From an uncultured Eubacteriales bacterium (GTDB lineage: Bacteria; Bacillota; Clostridia; Oscillospirales; CAG-272), in the NCBI GenBank assembly GCA_905210485.1, contig CAJLXA010000021.1:1-31771 (forward strand): a stretch of 31,771 nt of DNA. The letters run 5' to 3'. Every line of letters begins with the position of its first letter. The stretch's first letter is position 1. Made by a program: the position numbers and the translations under genes. Shown in pieces: positions 9,242 through 17,729 of this stretch. Below the pieces are notes generated by a model, which worked only from the letters and a program-made list of their open reading frames with translations, did not search any database and was not told the DNA's origin.

Positions 9242-10435
9242 ATGCAATATACGCCGGCTAACCGTATTCAAAGCGTCCGCGGCTCCGCTATCCGCGAAAT
9301 GTTCAAAAAAATGGCGGACCCGTCCATCATATCCATGGCGGGCGGCAATCCGTCCCCCGATCTGTTTCCGAACGAAGAACTGGCCGCCATTGCCGCCGAT
9401 CTTCTGAAAAACGATAAAGTCCTTGCCCTGCAATACGGCGTCACGGAGGGGTACACACCGCTTCGCGAAAAGATTGCCGACATGCTTCGCACCCGTGAAA
9501 ATATCGGGAACGAAGAGGACATGCTGATTACCGTTTCGGGCGGACAACAGGCGATTGATCTCACCGCACGCGTGCTCCTGAACGAAGGCGACGGCGTTAT
9601 TGTTGAAGAACCGAGTTTTGTCGGCGCCATGAATTCATTCCGTTCCTACGGCGCAAAACTTTACGGCGTTCCGATGGAAGATGACGGAATGAATATGGAT
9701 ATACTCCGACAAACGATCGCCTCCCATAGAAATATAAAACTCATTTATACCATTCCCTCCTTTCAGAATCCGACAGGCATCACCATGTCGGTGGAAAAAC
9801 GCAAAGCGCTGTATGCGTGCGCAAAAGAAAACGGTATCCTGATTATTGAAGACAATCCCTACGGCGAACTTTCGTATACCGGCAAAAAACTCCCCGCCAT
9901 CAAAAGTTTTGACACCGACGGCGTTGTGGTCTATTGCGGCTCTTTCTCCAAAATTCTCGCTCCGGGACTTCGCCTCGGATATATGATGGGGCATCGGGAT
10001 TTTATCAACCGCGCCGTCATTATGAAGCAGGCAAACGACGTGCACACAGCGATGCTCCCTCAGCTTCTCGCCTATCGCTTCATCACACAGTATTCGCTCG
10101 ATTCTTATATTGAAAAGATCCGCGCACTGTACAGTCATAAATGTGCGCTGATGCTTTCCGAAATCGACGCGCATTTTCCGAAGAACGTACGTCATACCGT
10201 ACCGACCGGCGGCATTTTCCTGTGGTGCACGCTCCCGGACGGGTACGACGCATCCCGCCTTGCCGCGTTATGCCTCGAAAAAAAAGTGGCCATCGTTTCA
10301 GGCAACACCTTTTCACCGGATCCCGACCTGCCGTCACCGGGTTTCCGTTTGAATTTTTCCACGGCGAGTGATGAAAATATCAAAGAAGGAATCCGCCGTA
10401 TTGCCGAAGCACTGCGGGAATTGCTCGATAAATAA
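9242..10435 (+). CDS. PLP-dependent aminotransferase, class I/II fold (2-aminoadipate/aromatic aminotransferase-like)
   Basis: 397 aa with the PLP-lysine motif CGSFSKILAPGLRLGY, plus EEPSFVGA and IPSFQNPTG. An AAAGGAG RBS is present. Confidence 0.85.
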   Translation: MQYTPANRIQSVRGSAIREMFKKMADPSIISMAGGNPSPDLFPNEELAAIAADLLKNDKVLALQYGVTEGYTPLREKIADMLRTRENIGNEEDMLITVSGGQQAIDLTARVLLNEGDGVIVEEPSFVGAMNSFRSYGAKLYGVPMEDDGMNMDILRQTIASHRNIKLIYTIPSFQNPTGITMSVEKRKALYACAKENGILIIEDNPYGELSYTGKKLPAIKSFDTDGVVVYCGSFSKILAPGLRLGYMMGHRDFINRAVIMKQANDVHTAMLPQLLAYRFITQYSLDSYIEKIRALYSHKCALMLSEIDAHFPKNVRHTVPTGGIFLWCTLPDGYDASRLAALCLEKKVAIVSGNTFSPDPDLPSPGFRLNFSTASDENIKEGIRRIAEALRELLDK

Positions 10436-10507
10436 TGTATTCTTAACCCGCCGACAGGCGGTACAGATACCATTCTGCAAGAAAAAAAGCCGGGAACGCC
10501 CTGCCCC

Positions 10508-10537
10508 GCAGAACCTTTCCCGGCAGAACCTTTCCCG
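10508..10537. repeat. Perfect tandem duplication of a 15-nt unit in an intergenic region
   Basis: GCAGAACCTTTCCCG occurs twice (10508-10522 and 10523-10537), followed by a partial third copy, GCAAAACCGGG. Confidence 0.9.
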
Positions 10538-10569
10538 GCAAAACCGGGAATTTTACTCCTTTCAAGCGG

Positions 10570-10614
10570 AAAACAAAAAGGAAGAGACACAACGCGTCTC
10601 TTCCTTTTTGTTTT
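10570..10614. terminator. Bidirectional rho-independent terminator between the convergent aminotransferase and small-multidrug-export genes
   Basis: A 19-bp stem, AAAACAAAAAGGAAGAGAC / GTCTCTTCCTTTTTGTTTT, with a 7-nt loop. It is A/T-flanked on both sides. Confidence 0.85.
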
Positions 10615-10628
10615 ATATTTTCAATTTA

Positions 10629-11105
10629 TTACGCCGCGCTTTTCGGTAACAGGAAATCAAGACCTCCCACCACACCGTAGGAAACAAGCGTCATAATAAC
10701 GCCTGCACACAGAACGCCGAGAATAATAGCCGGGAACGAATACCGTTTTTTGATGTCCAGAAGCGCCGCAACAAGTCCGCCCGTCCATGCGCCGGTTCCG
10801 GGAAGCGGAATGGCCACAAACAGTAAAAGACCGAAAAAGGCTCCTTTTTCCATTTTCTCGCTGTGCTTCATTGCCTTGTTTTCCAGCCATTCCACGAGGC
10901 CGCGGAAAATGCGGAACCGTTTCATATACATAAGAACAGGCTTCACAAAGAACAGAATAATCGGCACGGGCAACAAATTGCCGAGCACCGCAAATATATA
11001 GGTGGGAATCGGCTGAAGATGCATGGCCGCACCGGCGGGAATAGCGCCGCGCAATTCGATAATCGGCGCAATGGCGATCAGAAAAATATAAAGGTATTTT
11101 CTCAT
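10629..11105 (-). CDS. Small multi-drug export protein family (COG2426 / Sm_multidrug_ex-like) membrane protein
   Basis: 158 aa with the N-terminus FLIAIAPIIELRGAIPAG typical of the family and 4 hydrophobic helices. An ATGA overlap joins it to the upstream DUF1653 gene. Confidence 0.7.
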   Translation of the reverse strand: MRKYLYIFLIAIAPIIELRGAIPAGAAMHLQPIPTYIFAVLGNLLPVPIILFFVKPVLMYMKRFRIFRGLVEWLENKAMKHSEKMEKGAFFGLLLFVAIPLPGTGAWTGGLVAALLDIKKRYSFPAIILGVLCAGVIMTLVSYGVVGGLDFLLPKSAA

Positions 11106-11338
11106 GGGTTATCCTCTCGTGTGAAACGCGTGATTTCCGTTCCGTTTTTCATTATTTTGTCGAACCACATGCCCGCCGGGCGAACCCATAGTGCACGTTC
11201 GCCGTAAAGCGCACGGTAAACAACCATTTCTTCGCCGGTCTCGCTGTGAATGGCTGTGCCGATCACTTCATACAGACCGCCCTTATAATGGCGATATGTG
11301 CCGTTCGGGATGACATATTTTTTATCGTCCGGCATCAC
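11102..11338 (-). CDS. DUF1653 domain protein
   Basis: 78 aa with YRHYKGGLYEVIGTAIHSETGEEMVVYRALYGERALWVRP, the characteristic DUF1653 pattern. Confidence 0.75.
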   Translation of the reverse strand: MMPDDKKYVIPNGTYRHYKGGLYEVIGTAIHSETGEEMVVYRALYGERALWVRPAGMWFDKIMKNGTEITRFTREDNP

Positions 11339-11833
11339 TCATTCCCCGCTCTTTTCGTTTGTATCGGCAATATCCGCAACCGTCGCGCGGATCAGTGATA
11401 TGAGATCCTGCGGCGATGTTTCTACCTGCGCACCGACGCGCCCGGCACTGTAACATATCCGCGGAAAAGTTTCCGCCAATGAATGAATGACCGTACGAAA
11501 GGCTTTTTTCATTCCGATGGGAGAACAGCCGCCGTGAATATATCCCGTAAGCGGTAAAAGTTCCTTTTGCTTTATCATTTCCACCGATTTGACGCCCACC
11601 GCTTTAGCCGCCCGTTTCAGATTCAGAGTGGAATTCACGGGAACGACGAAAACATAATGTGTTCCCGTGTTGGCGACCGTCACCAATGTCTTATAAGTAC
11701 TGTCGGGATTTTCTCCCAGCGTTTCGGCAATCGTCATACCGTCCGTAACGCTTCCGTCGTAATAATGCGGAATATAGGCTATCTTTTTTTGATCCAGCGT
11801 GCGCATCACGTTGGTTTTTTCAATTTTGTCCAT
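11339..11833 (-). CDS. ybaK: Cys-tRNA(Pro)/Cys-tRNA(Cys) deacylase YbaK/EbsC
   Basis: A YbaK-type sequence (NVMRTLDQKKIAY..., LTGYIHGGCSPIG). I prefer the ATG at 11833 because it has a GGGGGA RBS and a TAATG overlap with the upstream stop. The GTG at 11845 given in the ORF track has no RBS. Confidence 0.8.
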   Translation of the reverse strand: MDKIEKTNVMRTLDQKKIAYIPHYYDGSVTDGMTIAETLGENPDSTYKTLVTVANTGTHYVFVVPVNSTLNLKRAAKAVGVKSVEMIKQKELLPLTGYIHGGCSPIGMKKAFRTVIHSLAETFPRICYSAGRVGAQVETSPQDLISLIRATVADIADTNEKSGE

Positions 11834-12864
11834 TAAGTCCCCCACAATGCGATAAAATGATTGTCGTCAAAAATGCGTCTCCGATGCATAGCGGCGCAGA
11901 TTGCCGCCAGATTCTGCTCCGAATGAGCAAGTTCCCGCGTCATCAGGAGGCAGTTTTCTTTCAGAAGATCGCGTTCGCCGCCGGGCGTAAGCGCCATAAG
12001 AACGGTAGTGAAAAACAGCGGCACTTTCAGCATTTCCACGGCGCGTCCGTCATTGACCGCACGGAGAAAATATTGAAAGATCAGCATGGATAAGTACCGG
12101 CGGTAAAACCGATCTGCGTCTTTCGGCAAAGATTTCTTTTGGATATTTCCGCGAAAATTCTGCAAAAATGTAATCTTTCGTTTCCATTTTTTATTTAAAA
12201 TTTCAAGTTCCTGCAAAAAGCCACCCCACTGCCGCAATACCCTTTCGGGACGAAGCGTAACGTTTTTCGCGGCTATTGCAGATCGTTCTTTCTGTCGGTT
12301 CTGCCATGCGCGTACATTGGCCAGTATATTGCATACGACAGAAAAAAACGGTTTGTCACCGTTAAGCCGTCGCCACATTTCCGTGCGCAAAGACAGAAGC
12401 GCCCGATATTTATCCGGGTCAATATCATGCGGTTCCGGCAACGCATTATCCGTGTATTCCGTATAAGAAAAAGGTGCGTCGGTTTCATATAAAAGATCAA
12501 AAACGGCCGGGCAGGAAGCGTCCATCGCCACTTCGCGCACACCGCCGTATATTTCATAGAGGCGGGGATAGCGGCGGCATGTCTCCGCCAGAACGGATTC
12601 CCCGCATTGCCGATAAAGGCGGCACAATCCGTCCTTATCCCACATAGGGCAACTCCCGTCCGCGCGGGGAACAAATATACAGTCGCCGTCCGCGTCTACG
12701 GTCAGGTGATCGGCAACCGTTTTCAGTTCCGGATTTGCTATCGTACGAAAACGTGCGGCGGCCGCGGAATCAATCACGACCGTCCAACCGCGGCAACAGC
12801 TGTCCGGACATGCGCCGCGTAAACATGTAAAAAACCTATCTATATAAGATTCGCGTACTGTCAT
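11833..12864 (-). CDS. FliB/YkgJ-family cysteine-cluster protein (flagellin lysine-N-methylase-like)
   Basis: N-terminal CxxxxCC motif FTCLRGACPDSCCRGW, and later DGSCPMWDKDGLCRLYRQCG. The ATG at 12864 has an AAAGGA RBS, whereas the ATG at 12894 has none. Confidence 0.6.
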   Translation of the reverse strand: MTVRESYIDRFFTCLRGACPDSCCRGWTVVIDSAAAARFRTIANPELKTVADHLTVDADGDCIFVPRADGSCPMWDKDGLCRLYRQCGESVLAETCRRYPRLYEIYGGVREVAMDASCPAVFDLLYETDAPFSYTEYTDNALPEPHDIDPDKYRALLSLRTEMWRRLNGDKPFFSVVCNILANVRAWQNRQKERSAIAAKNVTLRPERVLRQWGGFLQELEILNKKWKRKITFLQNFRGNIQKKSLPKDADRFYRRYLSMLIFQYFLRAVNDGRAVEMLKVPLFFTTVLMALTPGGERDLLKENCLLMTRELAHSEQNLAAICAAMHRRRIFDDNHFIALWGT

Positions 12865-13102
12865 GATTATCCTTTCGGAAACGATTTTCCCCATGGCGCT
12901 GTCATATCACTTTCGGAGCTTCAAAGCCATACGTCTCGTCCTGTCGGTATACAACGTCAAGAATTTGCCGCGATAACGGCGGTTTCTCTCTTTCAGCGAA
13001 AAACATTTTTCCAAAGAAAGGCGCCGCTTCGGAAAACGGTCGACCGCAATCCGTATTCACGAAACATGAATTTTTACGGATAACCGCGCATGAGCGGTCA
13101 TG

Positions 13103-13155
13103 AAGCACCGTTCCATGCCCCATATGCGCCCAAAACCCTTGCAAGCAAGTTTTCT
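13103..13155. repeat. Copy A of a ~54-nt intergenic direct repeat
   Basis: AAGCACCGTTCCATGCCCCATATGCGCCCAAAACCCTTGCAAGCAAGTTTTCT. It matches copy B apart from a few substitutions and a 2-nt indel. Confidence 0.85.
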
Positions 13156-13294
13156 TCCATGCACCGTTTTCATGCCGACCGACGTGTTTATGCACAATGC
13201 CGAAGTGTGTACCGCTTTTTTTCTTATATTATAACATGGACCGCGGAAAAATTATTTTCCGGCAACTGCCATTGCTACGCGCTTTCCAAAAGGA

Positions 13295-13349
13295 AAGCAC
13301 CGTTCCATGTTGCAATATGCGCTCGAAAACCCTTGCAAGCAAGTTTTCT
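13295..13349. repeat. Copy B of the ~54-nt intergenic direct repeat
   Basis: AAGCACCGTTCCATGTTGCAATATGCGCTCGAAAACCCTTGCAAGCAAGTTTTCT. A shorter third echo, TTGCAAGCATTTTCT, lies at 13380-13394. Confidence 0.85.
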
Positions 13350-13361
13350 CGCTTATATTAT
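13333..13361 (+). promoter_or_regulatory. Sigma-70-type promoter embedded in repeat copy B, pointing at the large secreted-protein gene
   Basis: TTGCAA (13333-13338), a 17-nt spacer, then TATTAT (13356-13361). A second similar module is TTGCAA (13380-13385), 17 nt, TTTAAT (13403-13408). Confidence 0.4.
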
Positions 13362-13643
13362 AGCAAACAGCTCCGGGTTTTGCAAGCATTTTCTACATTA
13401 TATTTAATGGGGGTTTTCAAGACCATCGCGGAACACCGTAAATCGCCTGCACTCCCGTTATGTCGATAATCGATAAATCATGGTTTTTGATACAAATTCT
13501 TAATAATTTGTTCTGTTTTACCAAATATTATGAAAACTAAAATATTTTTTTATATATATTCTACAAATTGTACTTGTTTTAAGATAAAAATATGTTACCA
13601 TATAATCGGCAGGACGCCAAATATTAAAGAAAGAGGAAGTACT

Positions 13644-16600
13644 ATGAACCGAACATCTTACGAATCGCAAAAACAAAGACTCCGCATTCTCTCCTGCGTT
13701 CTTCTCATCGCTCTCTGTATTTTGCTCGTTCCCTTTTCGGCTTTTTCATCGCATGCCGAAGGTGATTCCGGCAACGTATCGACGCTTTACGTCGATCCCG
13801 TGAGCGGCGACGACGCAAGTGACGGTACAACGAGTGCGACGGCACTGCGCACTCTCTCTGCGGTAAAAGCACGTATCGACGGCACGACCGTTCCTTACAA
13901 CATTGTTTTGCGCGACGGCACCCATCGTCTGACCGAGCCGTTTACGCTGAACAATCACACCGCGGGACTTACCTTCACCGCTGAAGAAGGCGCATCGCCC
14001 GTCATATCGGCAGGCTATGCTTTCGGAGGCAATGACCTTACCGCCGTGGACGGCAAAGATTACTATGTTTACACCCTGCCCGAAACCCTGAAAACCGACG
14101 GTGTCTATCCGGCATTCCGCGAACTTTACGTGAACGGTGTACCGGCCGAACAGGCGGCCACCGGTAAAAACGGAAGCTACATTATCTACGCAAACAAAGG
14201 TACATACGGTCCTACATCCGAGAACGTTATTTATCTGGATGAAGCACTGCTCCGCACGCTTTCTGCCGAAAGCGGTCCTGTCTCTGCCGAGCTGTGGCTG
14301 ACCATTGAATGGCGTATCGCATGCCTCCGTGTTACCGCCGTGGATTACACGAAAACGCTTGAGCACAACGGCATCACCTACTACGGCGCCGTTATCAACA
14401 CCGAGGACTGGGACACTATTAAAAACTACTGTCTCAGCAGCGTTTATTATTCGACCTCCGTACAGCGTTACTACTATCTGTCCAACGCGCTTGCATTCCT
14501 CGACAGCGAGAACGAATTCTACTATGACCGCGCGAACGGCAAGGTTTATTACCGTCCCGCCGAAGGCACGGCCCTCTCGTCCCTCAATTTTGAGGTTCCG
14601 ATGAGCGAATATCTGTTCCGCTTCAACAACTGCGCAAACATTTCTTTCTCCGGTATTGATTTTACCGCGACCGCATGCAATTTCGTTACCGACCACGGCT
14701 ATGTTGCCGGTCAAGGCGGCGATATTCATACGGTAATTGACGGTTCTGCAGTACACTTCCTGAAAGAAGCCGCCATTTATTGCGAAAACATTATCGGCCT
14801 TACCATTGCAAACTGCCGTTTCTACGGAATTGCGAACGACGCCGTGAACTGCCGCGGCTGGTGCCGTGACATCAGCATCACGGGTTCCGAATTCCGCCAC
14901 ATCGGCGCCGCCGCCATCCGTCTCGGTCAGAGAACGTCCTCCTATGCGGAAAACGTTATCGGTAACAAGAACATCACCATTACCGACAACCTGATAGACG
15001 GTACCGGCGAAGCCCTCTCCTGCTCCCCCGGCATTGTTATTGCATCGGTGGACACACTGAAAATTCTGCGCAACTCCATTCTGAACTCCGCCTACTCGGC
15101 GGTCAGCATCGGCTGGTCGTGGAGCGCCATGGGCGGTACGCTTTACAACATCTATGAAGACGGTGCCGCAACCGACAACTGGAAGTACGGCAGTTACCGC
15201 GATACGGACGGTGACGGCATTTACGAAACCTTTACGGAAAACACCGACACTTCCATCAACAAAATCAACATCAGAAACGCCGAAATCGCCTACAACTATA
15301 TCTATAACTTCATCACCGATATGCGCGACGGCGGCGCTGTGTATACGCTCGGCGGCAACTCCACACTGGGCGATGCCACCGTATACAATACCCTGCACCA
15401 TAACTACTTCGTATGTACCAAAGAGATCAGCCGCGGCGACGGTGTTCCTACCGTTATTTATCACGACGGCGCCTCTTCTCATTGGCACGATTACGACAAC
15501 GTCATTTACGTTGAACCGGAAAACCCGACGAAATTCACCTATGTTTCGTTCCAGACCGTCAACGCCGGAACGATCAAGTGCCTTGATAACGGCACGGAAA
15601 AAACCGCGCTTGTCGGCGGCCAGCAGGCATACCGCATCACCGCGGAACGTACGTATTACATCAATCTGACGGAAAGTGAACACCGTCTTGATACCATACT
15701 TCGGAACAGATCGGCGCTCCACCTCACCATCAGCGATGAAGTATACCTCACGGACAGCGATATCCGCGAAAACAGCCCTGCCATGCAGGCTTGCTTTGAT
15801 ATCATGCGTAACGCCGGCGTTCCCACCACGGAAACGCACACCGTACGCTTCTATGACGTCAACGGCAACCTGATTGCCACCGAAACGATCGGCCATGGCA
15901 AAAATGCGATTCCTCCCACGGAAGCGGCGCTCCCGGATACCGAATTCCGCGGATATACCGACGATCTTCTGGAGATAACGGGCGACCGCGATCTGAGACC
16001 GCTTTACTACTACCTGAAAAACGAAGCCCGTCCCACCGCAGAATATGACGATATAAGCGGCGACAAAACAAAGTTGCCCGGTTATGTCAGCACCTACAAC
16101 ACCACGTCGCCGATCACCTTTACCGTTACGGCGGCCAAAGCCGGTCTGTACACCGTGAATATGAAGTACATTGCCGAAACCGGCAACAGCGGTTACCTCT
16201 TCATGTTCAACACTTCGACCGGCAACAACACCGGCGCCACCGTGCGTATCCTGAACGGCAGTTCCGACAGCTACAAGAACATGGATCTGCACATCTACCT
16301 CCAGGCCGGCGAAAACAATATCCGCATGTACTATAACCGTGCCTCCTTCGCCGTATCGGGCGTGGAATTCGTCCGCATCGCCGATTACAGCGACGGCGTT
16401 GTCCGCGTAGAAGGCGCGACGGTGGACGACATTGCAAAATCGAGCAACACGGGCAGCCGCGATCACAGCAACTGCTATCAGATGATCCGTGTCGGCGATG
16501 TACTGACCATGAACTTCACCGTTCCGGAAACCGGCATCTACCGCATGGATATGCTCTATACCGCCGGAACCGTCGGCGCCGCCGTCATCTCGGTGAAAGA

Positions 16601-17729
16601 GGGCGAAAATACGCTCCGCTCCGTAACGAATCCCGTTAACGGCACCCGCGGTTCGGACAGCACGCCGTACAACGGTTCTCCGCTGATGGAAGAACTGTAT
16701 CTGACAAAAGACGTGACCTACACGTTGCACATCACCCTGAACGGCGGCAGTCACTTCACATTCGGCAGCGCTTTCTTTGCTCTCGACAGAACCGTTGTCG
16801 ACTATAACGACATGACCGGTGACAAAACGACGAACGAAGGCTATGTGACCTCCTCCGGCAACGCCGCACCGATCACCTTCTCCGTATCCGCACCCGCCGA
16901 CGGCCTTTACAAAGTACGCATGATCTACACAGCCGCAACCGGCAACACCGGTTACCTCTTCATGCTGAATGAAAGCCTGCCCGAAGGTACGGGTTCGACC
17001 ATGCGTATCCTGAACGGAAGTTCGACGGAATACACCGATCTCGACGTTTACATTTATCTCCGCGCCGGTGAAAACAACATTCGTATGTACTACAACCGCG
17101 CATACTTCGCTGTCAAATCGCTGATGTTCACGCCGGTCAGCAACTACCGCAACGGCAGTACCGTCGTTCTCGGCGGCGCTTCTGCGTCCGATGTGGTGAA
17201 ATCGTCGACATCGGGCAGCCGTGACCATGGCGTCTGCTATCAGATGCTGCGCGTCGGCGATGTACTGACCATGAACTTCACCGTACCGGAAACCGGCGTC
17301 TACAACATGGATATGCTCTTTAACGCCGGCGCCGTCGGAGGCGCAACGATCGCCGTGAAACAGGGCGACACCGTTCTGTACAGCACGACGAATCCCGCAA
17401 GCGTTGCACGCGGCTCCGACAGCACAGGTTACGGCGGCGCGCCCGTTCTGACGGAAATGGCGCTCACCGCCGGTGTTACCTACACCATGGAAATCACCGC
17501 ACAGAAGAGCAGTCACTTCACTTTCGGCAATGCCTACATCTATATGGCAGGCAGCAGCGAAGGCGAAGCGCAGTACTGCTACTACCTTGATCGTGACGGT
17601 TACCTCGTCGCGGCTATCGAAGACAGCACCACTGCTGTCAGCGTTGTGCTGGACGAAAAAACCTACAAACGCGCTCCTGCGCTTGAACCTGCCGACGGCA
17701 GTACGATCGTTTACGTTCTCTGCGAATGA
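13644..17729 (+). CDS. Large secreted right-handed beta-helix (pectin-lyase-fold) protein with a C-terminal tandem duplication of CBM-like beta-sandwich modules; probably acts on or binds a polysaccharide
   Basis: The ATG at 13644 has an AAGAGGAAG RBS. The signal peptide is RLRILSCVLLIALCILLVPFSAFSSHAEG. Beta-helix-type repeats include NCRFYGIANDAVNC, ITGSEFRHIGAAAIRLG, ITITDNLIDGTG, ILRNSILNSAYSAVSIGW and DGGAVYTLGGNS. Two ~254-aa repeats make up the C-terminus. Confidence 0.75.
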   Translation: MNRTSYESQKQRLRILSCVLLIALCILLVPFSAFSSHAEGDSGNVSTLYVDPVSGDDASDGTTSATALRTLSAVKARIDGTTVPYNIVLRDGTHRLTEPFTLNNHTAGLTFTAEEGASPVISAGYAFGGNDLTAVDGKDYYVYTLPETLKTDGVYPAFRELYVNGVPAEQAATGKNGSYIIYANKGTYGPTSENVIYLDEALLRTLSAESGPVSAELWLTIEWRIACLRVTAVDYTKTLEHNGITYYGAVINTEDWDTIKNYCLSSVYYSTSVQRYYYLSNALAFLDSENEFYYDRANGKVYYRPAEGTALSSLNFEVPMSEYLFRFNNCANISFSGIDFTATACNFVTDHGYVAGQGGDIHTVIDGSAVHFLKEAAIYCENIIGLTIANCRFYGIANDAVNCRGWCRDISITGSEFRHIGAAAIRLGQRTSSYAENVIGNKNITITDNLIDGTGEALSCSPGIVIASVDTLKILRNSILNSAYSAVSIGWSWSAMGGTLYNIYEDGAATDNWKYGSYRDTDGDGIYETFTENTDTSINKINIRNAEIAYNYIYNFITDMRDGGAVYTLGGNSTLGDATVYNTLHHNYFVCTKEISRGDGVPTVIYHDGASSHWHDYDNVIYVEPENPTKFTYVSFQTVNAGTIKCLDNGTEKTALVGGQQAYRITAERTYYINLTESEHRLDTILRNRSALHLTISDEVYLTDSDIRENSPAMQACFDIMRNAGVPTTETHTVRFYDVNGNLIATETIGHGKNAIPPTEAALPDTEFRGYTDDLLEITGDRDLRPLYYYLKNEARPTAEYDDISGDKTKLPGYVSTYNTTSPITFTVTAAKAGLYTVNMKYIAETGNSGYLFMFNTSTGNNTGATVRILNGSSDSYKNMDLHIYLQAGENNIRMYYNRASFAVSGVEFVRIADYSDGVVRVEGATVDDIAKSSNTGSRDHSNCYQMIRVGDVLTMNFTVPETGIYRMDMLYTAGTVGAAVISVKEGENTLRSVTNPVNGTRGSDSTPYNGSPLMEELYLTKDVTYTLHITLNGGSHFTFGSAFFALDRTVVDYNDMTGDKTTNEGYVTSSGNAAPITFSVSAPADGLYKVRMIYTAATGNTGYLFMLNESLPEGTGSTMRILNGSSTEYTDLDVYIYLRAGENNIRMYYNRAYFAVKSLMFTPVSNYRNGSTVVLGGASASDVVKSSTSGSRDHGVCYQMLRVGDVLTMNFTVPETGVYNMDMLFNAGAVGGATIAVKQGDTVLYSTTNPASVARGSDSTGYGGAPVLTEMALTAGVTYTMEITAQKSSHFTFGNAYIYMAGSSEGEAQYCYYLDRDGYLVAAIEDSTTAVSVVLDEKTYKRAPALEPADGSTIVYVLCE
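16044..17547 (+). repeat. In-gene tandem duplication (2 x ~760 nt, about 254 aa); each unit holds two CBM-like modules
   Basis: The unit 1 versus unit 2 offset is 759-762 nt. One example is GTCGGCGATGTACTGACCATGAACTTCACCGT-CCGGAAACCGGC at 16491 and 17253. At the protein level, GENNIRMYYNRA-FAV and CYQM-RVGDVLTMNFTVPETG-Y-MDML occur in both units. Confidence 0.9.

Noticed and set aside
10192-10590. A 132-aa minus-strand ORF containing GKGSAGKGSAG
   Set aside because: It spans the aminotransferase 3' end and the intergenic tandem repeat and terminator. The repeated peptide derives from the 15-nt DNA duplication. There are no start signals.
12902-13195. A 97-aa minus-strand ORF upstream of the fliB-like gene
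   Set aside because: No RBS precedes any in-frame ATG, including the internal M at 13006. Its composition is His/Cys/Gly-rich and odd, and it spans repeat copy A, which is better explained as regulatory DNA. A short real peptide cannot be excluded.
13103-13394. Possible CRISPR array or MITE formed by the ~54-nt repeats
   Set aside because: There are only two full copies about 190 nt apart plus a partial echo. The repeat lacks a CRISPR-like dyad, there are no cas genes, and no terminal inverted repeats or target-site duplications are visible. A promoter-module duplication fits better.
13090-13407. A 105-aa plus-strand ORF with an internally repeated peptide (APFHAPYAPKTLASKFS / APFHVAICARKPLQASFL)
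   Set aside because: The peptide repeat is simply the translated image of the intergenic DNA repeat. There is no RBS, and the ORF contains the predicted promoters.
13530-13643. A 38-codon N-terminal extension of the secreted-protein ORF (MKTKIFFYIYSTNCTCFKIK...)
   Set aside because: It lies in very AT-rich leader DNA, has no RBS, and would bury the signal peptide. The ATG at 13644 has an AAGAGGAAG RBS and is immediately followed by a typical signal peptide.
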